Positions 20,162 to 30,110 are shown, numbered from the stretch's first letter. The stretch is 44,297 nt of DNA from Candidatus Poribacteria bacterium (GCA_047517405.1 JAKZSX010000373.1:1-44297), one strand, 5' to 3'. The notes: generated by a model not told the origin, from the letters alone. Program-made: numbers and translations.

Positions 20162-21397
20162 ATGACAGTAGATCAGTTAAAAGGCAAAACTGTTGGGGCA
20201 GCGGTTTCAGGTGGACTCGATAGCTGTACCATCACACGATGGTTAGTCGATAATGGAGTTAATGTGGTCTGTTTCACTGCGGATCTTGGACAGCCTGACG
20301 AAAGAAACATGGACGAAATTTGCGAGCGGATGCTGGCATGTAGCGCACAAGAGGCGGTTATCGTTGATGCGAAGGATGAACTGGCGATGGCGGGAATCAA
20401 GGTCATCCAATCCCAATCGAAATACGAAGGGGGATACTGGAATACCACCGGTATCGCCCGGCATATTACCGTCGAGGCACTCCTACCTGAAATGGAGAAG
20501 CGTGGCATCAATATATTGGGACACGGCTGCACCGGTCGAGGTAACGATCAGGTACGGTTTCAGATTGCAACCAATATGTTGAATCCCGATTTTGAGGTTT
20601 ATGCCCCGTGGCGTGATCCAGCGTTTCTTGAACATTTTGGCGGCAGGAAAGAGATGATCGATTTCTGCAATGCACACGGTCTACCGATTCGAGCGACCCA
20701 CGAAAAACCGTACTCAACCGACGCGAATATGCTCGGTTTAACCCACGAGGCGGGCAGATTAGAATCGCTCAAAACGCCCGCCGGTTTTATTACACCTGGC
20801 ATGGGTGTCCACCCGAAGGACGCCCCCGATGAAGTTGAACACTTCACGGTCACCTTTGGTAGAGGAATACCGCTGGAGGTCAATGGGAGCCCGGTAATCC
20901 CCTTCCAAGCCCTCGCGGAAGCGAATCGCATCGCCGGACGAAACGGTGTTGGCATCGGGATTCACACTGTCGAAAATCGGTTCGTCGGGATTAAGAGCCG
21001 AGGGGTTTATGAATCGCCGGGGATGGAACTTCTCGGTCAATGTTACGAGTTTCTGCTTCAACTTATTTTAGATCGGCGAGCGCGGCGTGTTTTCGATCAG
21101 ATGTCAGTGGTTGTGGCTGAACAGATCTATCAAGGCTACTGGTTCGATCCCGCTACTCAATCAATGCTTGCTTCTATTGAGCCTTTCACCCGCATGGCTT
21201 CCGGGGATATTACCGTTGCACTGTATAAGGGAAATATTGCATTCCACTCCGCTGCCGGCGTGATGCACTCGCTCTATTCGGAGGAGACCTCTTCAATGGA
21301 AGCAATCGGTGACTTCAACCACGCGGATTCGGAGGGGTTCTTGTCTGTTCTCGGTGTCAGCGCGAAGGCACTGTCGGCTGCGGGACAGACGAAGTAG
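20162..21397 (+). CDS. argG: Argininosuccinate synthase
   Basis: SGGLDS, HGCTGRGNDQVRF, YSTDAN, ENRFVGIKSRGVYESPG. Confidence 0.96.
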   Translation: MTVDQLKGKTVGAAVSGGLDSCTITRWLVDNGVNVVCFTADLGQPDERNMDEICERMLACSAQEAVIVDAKDELAMAGIKVIQSQSKYEGGYWNTTGIARHITVEALLPEMEKRGINILGHGCTGRGNDQVRFQIATNMLNPDFEVYAPWRDPAFLEHFGGRKEMIDFCNAHGLPIRATHEKPYSTDANMLGLTHEAGRLESLKTPAGFITPGMGVHPKDAPDEVEHFTVTFGRGIPLEVNGSPVIPFQALAEANRIAGRNGVGIGIHTVENRFVGIKSRGVYESPGMELLGQCYEFLLQLILDRRARRVFDQMSVVVAEQIYQGYWFDPATQSMLASIEPFTRMASGDITVALYKGNIAFHSAAGVMHSLYSEETSSMEAIGDFNHADSEGFLSVLGVSAKALSAAGQTK

Positions 21398-21528
21398 TGG
21401 CATCGCCTCTCAAGTCGAGAGGTGGGAGGGTGGAGATCTTCCGCCCATCCTTCCCTTATTGCTTGGCTAGAATCTCCACAGCTTCCCGACCTCTTTTACG
21501 ACAAACTTCGCATATACCGAAGGAGCAA

Positions 21529-22011
21529 ATGACAACCATTAAAACGAAGATTACCGACATACTTGATGCACACAAAATCTCGTATCGACTGTTACAGCAC
21601 AGTGAACCCGTTTTTACAGTCGAGGAAGCGGCAGCCCAACGCGACGTATCCAAAGACGAAATGGTAAAATCTATCCTGCTCCGTGACAAAGATGAACACT
21701 ACGTCATGGCGTGCGTACTTGGCTATGCGCGAGTCAACCCGAAGGCTGTACGCACCTCCGTTCCCAAAAATTGGAGACGCTTGAGTTTCGCCACAGCGGA
21801 GGAGATTTTGTCTGTGACCGGCTGTGTCCAAGGTGCTGTTGCACCGTTAGGACTGCCAGATAGTGTGCCGGTCATTTTCGATGAAGCGATCACAAGATGC
21901 CAAAAAGTCAACATCAGCAGCGGCGATCCCGTAGCGGGTCTGGAACTTAACGCCCAAGACCTAATTAGGGCTGCTAGTGCTGAAGTTGCCACCATTGCAG
22001 ACAGCGAGTGA
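21529..22011 (+). CDS. YbaK/EbsC aminoacyl-tRNA deacylase family
   Basis: MVKSILL, TGCVQGAVAPLG, NISSG; AAGGAG RBS before ATG 21529. Confidence 0.88.
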   Translation: MTTIKTKITDILDAHKISYRLLQHSEPVFTVEEAAAQRDVSKDEMVKSILLRDKDEHYVMACVLGYARVNPKAVRTSVPKNWRRLSFATAEEILSVTGCVQGAVAPLGLPDSVPVIFDEAITRCQKVNISSGDPVAGLELNAQDLIRAASAEVATIADSE

Positions 22012-22060
22012 AAATCCGGGGGGGCAGGCGAAAGCACATTGTTCTTAGAGCGCCCCACCG

Positions 22061-22468
22061 CTACTCAACTGTGACCTTCACCTTCCGATCCGGTCTCTCG
22101 TGGAGATGCCCTCCTGTTCCGGGAAGTGCGATACCTAAGCGCACAGACGGTTTGCCTCCCTTGGGAAAGATATGATGGAAGGTCATTGCGGGCACATAGA
22201 CGAAATCCCCCGCCTTCGCTTGGACTGGTTGATCTTCGCGCCCTTCGATGACCCAGTCGATCTCCCCTTCAAGTACAACCCACCATTCGTCGTAATTGTG
22301 GCAATGATTATCATTGATTTGGCCTGAATTTTGATAAATCACCACACCCGCTACATGGTCGGCGAGGACAACCGAATGAGACCAAGGGGGCGGGCCCATT
22401 TCCTTCTTAATCTCTTCGAGACTGATACTATTAAGCGTTGCATCAAGAATTGGATTGCTCAGTGGCAT
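22061..22468 (-). CDS. Cupin domain protein
   Basis: HCHNYDEWWVVLEG and GDFVYVPAMTFH cupin motifs; start at ATG 22468 after AGGAG. Confidence 0.85.
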   Translation of the reverse strand: MPLSNPILDATLNSISLEEIKKEMGPPPWSHSVVLADHVAGVVIYQNSGQINDNHCHNYDEWWVVLEGEIDWVIEGREDQPVQAKAGDFVYVPAMTFHHIFPKGGKPSVRLGIALPGTGGHLHERPDRKVKVTVE

Positions 22469-22736
22469 AGAGATTCTCCTTAAATTGAAAGTGTTTGAAA
22501 AGTCCAAATGCCTTGTTACACGCAAATTCGCGGCTGTCCAGTGGCCAATTGATTTGTTTCATCAACGACGGAATTCGCTGCGACAAAGTTGACAGCATAT
22601 TGCGTTTTGAGTTCGGCAGACCACTAAAATCGTGCGTCTTGCGTTTTGGAAATATAAGCTTCAGTGTAACACTAAGTTCAGTCTAAATCAAGCAAAAGTT
22701 TGGCTTGGCTCCAGCCGCAAGTCCACGCTTTTATCG

Positions 22737-22764
22737 TTGACAGTGAATTGACAGTGCGTATAAT
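22737..22764 (+). promoter_or_regulatory. Consensus sigma70 promoter containing a TTGACAGTG direct repeat
   Basis: TTGACA-16 nt-TATAAT, 58 nt upstream of ATG 22823. Confidence 0.8.
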
Positions 22765-22822
22765 AGAAAAACCATCAACCATGGGAAAGACAAATTTCTT
22801 ATCAAAAAGAGGAGACCAACAG

Positions 22823-23950
22823 ATGAAAATTGTTGATGTACAGACGTTTCTGGTCGAGAACGTTCCCCCATATCAAGGCGGACGCCGGTGGCTGTTCGTA
22901 AAACTGATTACCGATGAAGGCATCGAGGGCATTGGAGAATGGTCGACTGGTCAGGTTGGCAGAGAAAAATCGTCGATTGAGGTAATCAAGGATTTGGCAA
23001 CACAGTTTGTGGTTGGTGCCGATCCATTCAAGATCGAATTGCTGTGGCAGAAAATCTATGCTACCGACCATGACTACAGACATCCGGGGTTGGCTCTGAC
23101 ACCGGCGTTAAGTGCGATTGAGATGGCGTGTTGGGACATCATTGGCAAAGCCCTGAACCAACCCGTCTATAATCTGCTCGGTGGTCAATACCATGAAAAA
23201 TTGAGGGCTTATGCCTACATGCCGCACGGAGGGATATGGGAGAACCCTGAGAAGGCGGGTGAAATTGCCGCTGACTTGATGGAGAAGGGCAACACCGCAA
23301 TGAAGTTTGACCCATTCCCGATCTTTCCAGCACCACGGGATATTCCGTTGAAAGATATCGCGCGTGTAGGAGAAATCTTCAAGTGTATTCGAGATGCGGT
23401 CGGTTATGAGGTAGAAGTTGGACTTGGCACCCATGGGCAATTGACCACTTCTAGCGCGATTCGGATCGCACAGATGCTAGAGCCATATTATCCTTTCTGG
23501 TTTGAGGAACCGGTATCGTTGGAAAACGTTGATGAAATGGCGCGGGTGGCATCACATACCAGCATCCCAATTGCGACGGGTGAGCGTTTGCTGACCAAGT
23601 ACGAGTTTGTCGAGATCTTTCAGAAGCAAGCAGCACAGATTATACAGCTAGATGTGGGGCATTGTGGGGGAATTCTGGAGTCCAAGAAGATCGCCAGTAT
23701 GGCGGAGGCGCATTATGCAAGCATCGCACCCCACATGTACTGCGGTCCTGTTGCAGCAGCAGCAGCTGTTCAGGTGGCGACATGCAGCCCGAACTTCTTG
23801 ATACTGGAGTTTAATCGGACGACTCTTCACGCCGACATCTTACAGGAACCTATAGTGTTTGATGCCGGCTACATCGTCCCACCGACGAGTCCGGGGCTGG
23901 GTGCTGATCTGAACGAGGATGTTCTCGCTCGGCATATAGTTCAATCTTAA
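22823..23950 (+). CDS. Mandelate racemase/MLE-family enolase (galactonate dehydratase-like)
   Basis: IEMACWDIIGK, KFD, WFEEP, IATGE, PGLG; GAGGAG RBS. Confidence 0.9.
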   Translation: MKIVDVQTFLVENVPPYQGGRRWLFVKLITDEGIEGIGEWSTGQVGREKSSIEVIKDLATQFVVGADPFKIELLWQKIYATDHDYRHPGLALTPALSAIEMACWDIIGKALNQPVYNLLGGQYHEKLRAYAYMPHGGIWENPEKAGEIAADLMEKGNTAMKFDPFPIFPAPRDIPLKDIARVGEIFKCIRDAVGYEVEVGLGTHGQLTTSSAIRIAQMLEPYYPFWFEEPVSLENVDEMARVASHTSIPIATGERLLTKYEFVEIFQKQAAQIIQLDVGHCGGILESKKIASMAEAHYASIAPHMYCGPVAAAAAVQVATCSPNFLILEFNRTTLHADILQEPIVFDAGYIVPPTSPGLGADLNEDVLARHIVQS

Positions 23951-23984
23951 TAACCTGCCTGCAAGAGGAAGGTAAGGGGTTTCT

Positions 23985-25172
23985 ATGACAACCTTAGAGA
24001 CACTTTCGGAATCTGAGAAAAATCGTGTGCGGATCACGGATGTGAAAGCCATGCAGTTGAAAGACCAAGCAGGTCAGTCGCTCGTAAAAGTCGAAACGGA
24101 TGCGGGCGTTTATGGCATTGGCGAAGCAGGGGCTTCTGGACCGATGGTGAGAGCGCATCTGCAACATCTGCGTGCAACGCTTATCGGTCAGGATGTGTTT
24201 GAAATCGATAAGCTGTACACCCGCATGGTCAACCTGCAACATCCCTATAGAGCGAACATCCCGACGGTTAGCGGTGTGGATATTGCGCTCTGGGATATAG
24301 TGGGCAAGCTCTTGAATCGGCCAATTTCAACTCTACTCTCAGGCAGGTTTAGAGACGAAATCCCGCTCTACATCAATACCCCTGGGCCCGACGACTGGTT
24401 TGATCCGGTTTCGTGTCGAGACTGGTCTCAACGGATGAAGGCAGCACCTCAAGGCTGGAACACCTTAAAATTTGGGTTTGAGCGTTTGATGGGAAATGGG
24501 CTGCCCGAAGGCAGATACAGTCCCGGACAGATGTCGCAAACGCTGCGGGCAACCGAATTAGACCTGATTCGTCGGGGGTATGAGAACTGCCGGGAGGCGT
24601 TGGGGGATGAGACCGATTTCATTGTCCATTGCCACAACGAATGGGATTTGGCCACTGCGATCGGGTTGACACGAGCGGTCGCATCTAGCAATCCACTTTG
24701 GGTAGAGGATGCGCTGCCGGTGTGGTATTCGGGCACTTGGAAGGCACTCAAGCAAGCATCTCCGGTGCGGATTATCACCGGAGAGAAGCTAGAGCTACCG
24801 CGTGAATTTCTACCGTTTCTTATGAACGAGGCGTTGGACGCCCTCCATCCAGACCTTGTTTTCGCCGGTGGACTGACAGGTTGTCGGAAGATTGCCGACC
24901 TTGCAGAGATGTTCTACATCCCCATTGCAACACATAATGTCGGCAGCTTGGTGCAGAACATGGCGACAGCCCATTTCGGTGCGTCGGTCAGGAACTTCGT
25001 CATAACGGAGACGCGGATCAGTCAAAACACACTCATCGACGAAATGGCAGAAGAAAAAGTCCAGGTCGCTGACGGAAAATTGGCTGTGCCAGAGGGTCCA
25101 GGATTGGGAATTACATTGATTCCAGAGGTGTTGCGTGAGAACCTAATCGAGGGTGAGTCGTATTGGGGTTAA
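23985..25172 (+). CDS. Mandelate racemase/MLE-family enolase
   Basis: GVDIALWDIVGK, WVED, ITGEK, PEGPGLG. Confidence 0.9.
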   Translation: MTTLETLSESEKNRVRITDVKAMQLKDQAGQSLVKVETDAGVYGIGEAGASGPMVRAHLQHLRATLIGQDVFEIDKLYTRMVNLQHPYRANIPTVSGVDIALWDIVGKLLNRPISTLLSGRFRDEIPLYINTPGPDDWFDPVSCRDWSQRMKAAPQGWNTLKFGFERLMGNGLPEGRYSPGQMSQTLRATELDLIRRGYENCREALGDETDFIVHCHNEWDLATAIGLTRAVASSNPLWVEDALPVWYSGTWKALKQASPVRIITGEKLELPREFLPFLMNEALDALHPDLVFAGGLTGCRKIADLAEMFYIPIATHNVGSLVQNMATAHFGASVRNFVITETRISQNTLIDEMAEEKVQVADGKLAVPEGPGLGITLIPEVLRENLIEGESYWG

Positions 25173-25222
25173 TGGGCAGGAAATGATAAAATTGCAAAAA
25201 AACGCAATAAGTAGTTTTGGAC

Positions 25223-25731
25223 TTAGAAAACCTCAGTGGCAATAAGAACATCATCTGGAACTTTTCGGATATTTATCGTAACTTTTTCACGCCTCGGACT
25301 ACCATCGGCATTTCTAAAACCTTTTTGGAATGAACCTCCACATTCACCCAGTGTTTCAATATCAAAACAGGCAAAGTGGATTTCCGATAAAATAAATTCT
25401 GTCTATTATATTTACTATCGCTTCTGCATCATTTGTAATGACCCTGTGGCTTGTCGAGTTAGCCGCATGTGTCTTAAAGTCCCACGAAATTTCAGAAAAA
25501 GCGTCAAATGCTGTGTTTCCATAACTTCTTGCCAGGCATGTCAATTATGCCATCAAAATGCGTGTGGCATAAGAATTCAAAGTAAAAACCCATCCACTCC
25601 ATCTGCTTCCAATTTTTTGAACCGCCTTCTTTCATTTCAAGAATAGCATTTCTACCATCCCATATTTTCGGTATGTTCCGAGAGGCGAGTCGTAATGATT
25701 CAGCAGTATCAATAATCTTTTGGTTTAGCAT
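25223..25731 (-). pseudogene. Putative restriction endonuclease pseudogene
   Basis: Three frames join: ...QMEWMGFYFEFLC...PGKK / YGNTAFDAF...WDFKTH... / TEFILSEIHF...GFRNADGSPRREK...EVF*; shifts near 25524 and 25402; begins 6 nt after the MTase stop. Confidence 0.65.
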
Positions 25732-25737
25732 AGTAGA

Positions 25738-26574
25738 TTATGTGACTGTTGCGAATAAATCCGAAATAGATTCGTCCTCTGTTGTATAAACTAAATATTG
25801 GTCTGATTCAAGACGTTTGCGCGCAAGTTCATAATACTCAGGAACAATCTCAAATCCTATGTAATACCGCCCCTTTATTTTGCTCACGACAGCCACCTGC
25901 CCAGAGCCTAAAAACGGATCGAAAACAACATCTTCTTTTTCGCTGGAATGATCAAGGATTTTCACAATGAGTTCAGATGGCAGTTTTGTTGGTGTTTTCA
26001 CTGCCCCCGGCCAGTATTCTCTCTTGATTTCCCAGACATCTTCTTTGTCTCTATAGTGCGCAGATCCACCATCTGCAGTCTTGGTGTGCTTATCATATCG
26101 GCGATAGGGATAAAACTTTCGTTTCTTGTCGTTTTTGCAGACAAAAAGACAGTGATAGTGAGAAGTTACAAACTTACGCGTTGTAACGACACCAAACTGG
26201 TATTTCCAAATCAGGTGGTTGACTGTAGTCAACTTGCAGTGGTCAATGGCTATCAACAGGTCTTTTAGATGATTCCAACCCGAGAAAATATACATGCTTC
26301 CAGAATCTTTTAACACTCGTGTCGCAGCAGAAAGCCAGTCAAGCGTGAAAGTGAGATAATCGCTTGATTCGATCTCGTTGTAGCCTTGTAGCACACGATT
26401 TCCGTTTCGATTGTAGTTCTGTCGAGAGGCTTTGAAATCAATAGCAAAAGGCGGATCTGTTATGACAAGATCGACACATTCATCTGGCATTTCGGACATC
26501 AACTCAATACAGTTTCCTTGTTTGATAGTGTTAATATATTCAGGAGGAAGTGTATTTACTCTATCTTGTGTCAT
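25738..26574 (-). CDS. Site-specific DNA methyltransferase (N6A/N4C, beta class)
   Basis: Motif IV TDPPF precedes motif I FDPFLGSG; AAGGAG RBS before ATG 26574. Confidence 0.93.
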   Translation of the reverse strand: MTQDRVNTLPPEYINTIKQGNCIELMSEMPDECVDLVITDPPFAIDFKASRQNYNRNGNRVLQGYNEIESSDYLTFTLDWLSAATRVLKDSGSMYIFSGWNHLKDLLIAIDHCKLTTVNHLIWKYQFGVVTTRKFVTSHYHCLFVCKNDKKRKFYPYRRYDKHTKTADGGSAHYRDKEDVWEIKREYWPGAVKTPTKLPSELIVKILDHSSEKEDVVFDPFLGSGQVAVVSKIKGRYYIGFEIVPEYYELARKRLESDQYLVYTTEDESISDLFATVT

Positions 26575-26587
26575 AAACACTGCTCCT

Positions 26588-26965
26588 TTACGAAACGGAC
26601 TCCCGTAGAAACTTCCAAAAGATGTCAGTTTCTCTGTAGTTATACTTATAGCACGCTTCTGCCACATAAAGTGGTGTGTAGGCGGTTTGATAGTGGTGAT
26701 GCTGTCCATACCAAGCCCGCTTGAGTAAGGACCAGAAGCCTTCAATCGTGTTGGTATGCGTTTCACCGTCCGCATACTGTTCTGAATGGTTGATAACAGC
26801 GTGCTTTATTTCCTTTCCAACTAACTCATAAGCCCTTAACTCATCAGTTATCAGTTCAGAATCCTTGAGGTTTACAACGTTCCGAATGAACTCAAGGATT
26901 CGTCTACCCGCAAGGTTCGGTGTGAGTTGTGCGACAACTTTCCCACCTCGTTGGACTGCTCCGAT
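26588..26965 (-). pseudogene. IS1595-family DDE transposase, 5'-truncated
   Basis: IGAVQRGGKV, LITDE, INHSEQY, HTNTIEGFWSLLKRAWYGQHH; the Zn finger, HTH and first catalytic motif are absent. Confidence 0.9.
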
Positions 26966-27034
26966 TTTTGTTGGGAGAAAATGAATAAAACCAAAATCCT
27001 CAAGTCCAAAACTACTTATTGCATAAAAAAAATT

Positions 27035-27100
27035 AACCGCAGAGACACAGAGAGCACAGAGAAAAACCTTATCTATGCTTCTCTGCGTTCTCTGCGTTAA
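27035..27100. repeat. CAGAG-rich palindromic repeat
   Basis: AACCGCAGAGACACAGAGAGCACAGAG...CTCTGCGTTCTCTGCGTT. Confidence 0.6.
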
Positions 27101-27194
27101 ATTCAGAACAGTCTGCAACGATTTAATGTGTAATAAGGGGCAGAACTGGGACATCTACCGGTTCCACCTCCGTGACGATTAGTTCACAGATAGC

Positions 27195-27536
27195 TTAACC
27201 GACTGACGCAGCGACAATGAGTCCCAATGCGACTATTACACCGGCAACGGCAATTCCCGCCGCCGTATTGTTATCTTCAGCGATCTGATGATTGAGGTCA
27301 AAGGGGGTAACCAAGTCGAAAATCTTATAGCCGACCATCAAAACAATCACCCCGACGATGCTGAAAACAACGCTTTCGATGATAAGAAGTGTAAGATGCT
27401 TGAGGTCAATGAATGGCGCGTCCGCTGCCGCGCTTTCGCTCGTTTCCTGTGCATCGGCTGGTGTTGACCACATTGATGCGGCAACGATGCAACCAATCGC
27501 TATACAAAAACCGATCAGAACAATTTTCTTTGCCAT
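27195..27536 (-). CDS. DUF350 membrane protein with N-terminal signal-like segment
   Basis: FDLVTPFDLNHQIAEDNNTAAGI pattern between TM helices. Confidence 0.85.
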   Translation of the reverse strand: MAKKIVLIGFCIAIGCIVAASMWSTPADAQETSESAAADAPFIDLKHLTLLIIESVVFSIVGVIVLMVGYKIFDLVTPFDLNHQIAEDNNTAAGIAVAGVIVALGLIVAASVG

Positions 27537-27655
27537 TTGCTTTCTCCTTTTGATCTTCGTTTGGGGTACGAAACTTCGTAACAGATTGACACTCTATCAC
27601 AGTGTGATGTTCAAAATCAACAGAAAAATTAAGAAGGCATGGGGAAAATGGGGAA

Positions 27656-28693
27656 TTACCCCTTCACGATTTCCGCACGAACAAAGTGATAACCAACCGC
27701 ACCGGCGGGCTCCGCATCAAAGCCAGCCTCCTCTTGCGTCAGTCCATCATTGGCGATGGCTCTAGCGGAGATCTCTATTTCGCCCGGATTGTCAGGCGCC
27801 TGCCACCTATATTTCCAGAGATACCACGTCAGTGGTGAATCGCTCTCCCAAATCTCCGTAGCCTCCCATGTGTTGACGTCATCGACGCTGGTGGTGATGC
27901 CGTCATCGATGCTAACTTCAACCCGCGCAATCCCTCCATGGTTTCCGCTATCAAAGGCGGCACCGCTGATCGTATATGTCGCACCGACTTGAATTGTCTC
28001 GTCATTGCTAGGTGTGCCGATTACCGTCGCTAGTTTGACACGCGCAATGGGGTCCCAACCTTGTTTTTCCCAATATCCTTCGTGTGATTCCGCGAGTATG
28101 ATGTTCATGATCCATTTCGGATTCTTTGTACCGTAGTGACCGGGATTGAGCAGCCGGACAGGGAAACCGTGCTCGGTTGGGAGGGGTTCGTCGTTCATTT
28201 TGTAGACCAAGAGCACCTCCTCACGAAGGGCGCGATCTATCGGGACCGCTGTATGATAACCGTCGGCACAACGGAATACGACTACCTTCGCTTCCGTCTT
28301 GACCCCTACTTTGTCAAGGATATTCCGCAGGGGAACACCGGTCCACATCGCATTACTCATCTGTTCCTCGCCGATTGGGTCGCCGATGCACTTGAGCGTC
28401 CGCATTGTGATCATGGACTCCATGCTCGTCATATCCTCGTAATTCAACATGATTGGTTTTTCAATCAGCCCCGTTATCGCCATTCTCCAGTGCTCAACCT
28501 TGAGAACCGGCACCTCTCCGATTTGGAGGACATAGAACTTATCATTTGGTGTAATCATCGACGCAGGTTTCAGTATCTCTTTAGGAATGTCGTTTCCGGC
28601 AGGAAGAGAGCGGAGCGGCAGCGTTAGACCTCCTACGCTCACTGCGGCGACCTGAATGAATTTTCTGCGGTTCATGGTTTTCTCCATCGTCAT
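27656..28693 (-). CDS. Tat-exported molybdopterin oxidoreductase (sulfite oxidase family)
   Basis: MNRRKFIQ Tat motif, TLKCIG Mo-ligating Cys, HGFPVRL, KNPKW, C-terminal Ig-like dimerisation domain. Confidence 0.9.
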   Translation of the reverse strand: MTMEKTMNRRKFIQVAAVSVGGLTLPLRSLPAGNDIPKEILKPASMITPNDKFYVLQIGEVPVLKVEHWRMAITGLIEKPIMLNYEDMTSMESMITMRTLKCIGDPIGEEQMSNAMWTGVPLRNILDKVGVKTEAKVVVFRCADGYHTAVPIDRALREEVLLVYKMNDEPLPTEHGFPVRLLNPGHYGTKNPKWIMNIILAESHEGYWEKQGWDPIARVKLATVIGTPSNDETIQVGATYTISGAAFDSGNHGGIARVEVSIDDGITTSVDDVNTWEATEIWESDSPLTWYLWKYRWQAPDNPGEIEISARAIANDGLTQEEAGFDAEPAGAVGYHFVRAEIVKG

Positions 28694-28717
28694 TATTTAT
28701 TTAATAAGGAATCCCAT

Positions 28718-30016
28718 TCATTCACCTGTCATTTGGGACGAGGTCAAGCGTTCAAGTGCCGATGCCACCTCAACATCATCGGATAAAAGCTGAGCGAGTT
28801 CACGAAGATGTTCCTGCGCCGAATTCGTATTCCCAACCTTTTCATGTGCAAGGGCGAGGTTATACTTTGCATCAAGTAGGTTCGTATCCACGTTTAGGGC
28901 ATTTTCAAACGCCTTAATTGCCAAATCGAATTTGCTCATCGTCATGTACAGGGCCCCTAGATTGCAGTATGGAATTGCAGGTTTCTCGGAATGTGTTATC
29001 GCAAGCTCAAATTCGCTTTGGGCACGCTCGTCATCTTCAATGATCATGTAGATAAAGCCGAGGTTGTTATGTAGTATACCATTCTTTGGTGAGGACCTGA
29101 CTCCGCGCCGTAGCGTTGAACGCGCCTGATTTAGTTCGTTACGCTTGAAATGAATAATCGCTCGCTGATTCAGCAGCTCTGGATTGTTGGGCTGTTTGGC
29201 GAGTTCAGATTGGATTTGTTTAAGCTCGGTTTCATAGCCGGTCTTGGGCAAAACGTTGAGCGCCAATGTTGGGATCAGAAACACCTCACCCGGTTTCAAT
29301 ATGTATTGGGGTGGGAGTATGTTGTTATACTGCGCCAATTCCTGCCACTGTCGATATTTTTTTGGGAAAATACGGTCGCCATATATCCGAATGAAACTAT
29401 AGAGCGTTTCCTTCCGCGCGATCTTATGCCGGATGTCGGTGTACTTCCGCACCGGATAGCGCCCAACAAGCATCCGCGAATCCGACCCCGGAATCGGAGC
29501 TGCTAACGTGGTTTCAATTAGCGACGTCATGGAGGTTGAAATTTCTAGCGTAGGTGAGCTTTCACCTGTCGGTGTTGCGGGCACTGAAGCTTCTGAGGCA
29601 GATGAAGTCTCGACTATCGGCGTCGCTGGTGCCGGAACCTCTGGAGTCGGTGTGGCTTCAACTGCTGCTGATGAGACTTCTGGAATCGGTTCGGTTTTAA
29701 CCGCTGGTGTCACTGGCGTTGAGATCTCTGGCGAAGTACTTACCTTTTTAGGTTGTTTAACTTGGGCAAATTGGATCTGTTTGACTCGCGCAGAGAATGA
29801 ATCGAAAGAGCCCGTTAATGTCTGTGATACTAAGCTCCAAGGGACAGCAAAGATCAGGAGCGCAATCAGTCCAGCACCCACAATCATCCCTATTATCAGG
29901 GGAGCTCGGTTTGTTGATTGGGATTGTGGAAACGGGTGTACTTGCACTGGTAATGGTGGGAAGGGTAGCATATCTATCTCATTTCGCCTGTGATTGTCCG
30001 GTCTGCCCTTTTTCAC
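28718..30016 (-). CDS. Membrane-anchored LysM + TPR protein
   Basis: TM helix, Pro/Thr/Ser linker, LysM-like HKIARKETL...YNNI...LKPGEVFLIP, TPR repeats (HNNLG, YCNLG, YNLA). Confidence 0.8.
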   Translation of the reverse strand: MKKGRPDNHRRNEIDMLPFPPLPVQVHPFPQSQSTNRAPLIIGMIVGAGLIALLIFAVPWSLVSQTLTGSFDSFSARVKQIQFAQVKQPKKVSTSPEISTPVTPAVKTEPIPEVSSAAVEATPTPEVPAPATPIVETSSASEASVPATPTGESSPTLEISTSMTSLIETTLAAPIPGSDSRMLVGRYPVRKYTDIRHKIARKETLYSFIRIYGDRIFPKKYRQWQELAQYNNILPPQYILKPGEVFLIPTLALNVLPKTGYETELKQIQSELAKQPNNPELLNQRAIIHFKRNELNQARSTLRRGVRSSPKNGILHNNLGFIYMIIEDDERAQSEFELAITHSEKPAIPYCNLGALYMTMSKFDLAIKAFENALNVDTNLLDAKYNLALAHEKVGNTNSAQEHLRELAQLLSDDVEVASALERLTSSQMTGE

Positions 30017-30059
30017 ACTTTACCCTCCAAGTCCAAGGTCAATTGGTAGCATTTGTTAG

Positions 30060-30088
30060 ATTATAGCAACCGCTAATATATGTGTCAA
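30060..30088 (-). promoter_or_regulatory. Perfect sigma70 promoter for the LysM-TPR gene
   Basis: TTGACA-17 nt-TATAAT with extended TG on the minus strand. Confidence 0.85.
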
Positions 30089-30110
30089 GAACTTTCATGT
30101 CATTTTTCTG

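Larger units (their letters stand above)
25203..27023 (-). mobile_element. Non-autonomous IS1595-family transposon carrying a methyltransferase and decayed putative endonuclease
   Basis: Perfect 21-bp TIRs GCAATAAGTAGTTTTGGACTT (25204-25224) / AAGTCCAAAACTACTTATTGC (27002-27022); flanks CAAAAAAA / TAAAAAAA (7/8 candidate TSD); IS1595 transposase fragment inside. Confidence 0.88.

Noticed and set aside
22513-22671. Possible MITE bounded by TGTTACAC / GTGTAACA
   Set aside because: Only an 8-bp core matches and there is no second copy in the window
26575-26775. 67-aa N-terminal extension of the MTase
   Set aside because: It is an alternate frame of the transposase; a good RBS precedes ATG 26574
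26966-27154. N-terminal extension of the 188-aa transposase ORF
   Set aside because: It runs through the TIR and the CAGAG repeat and is not transposase-like
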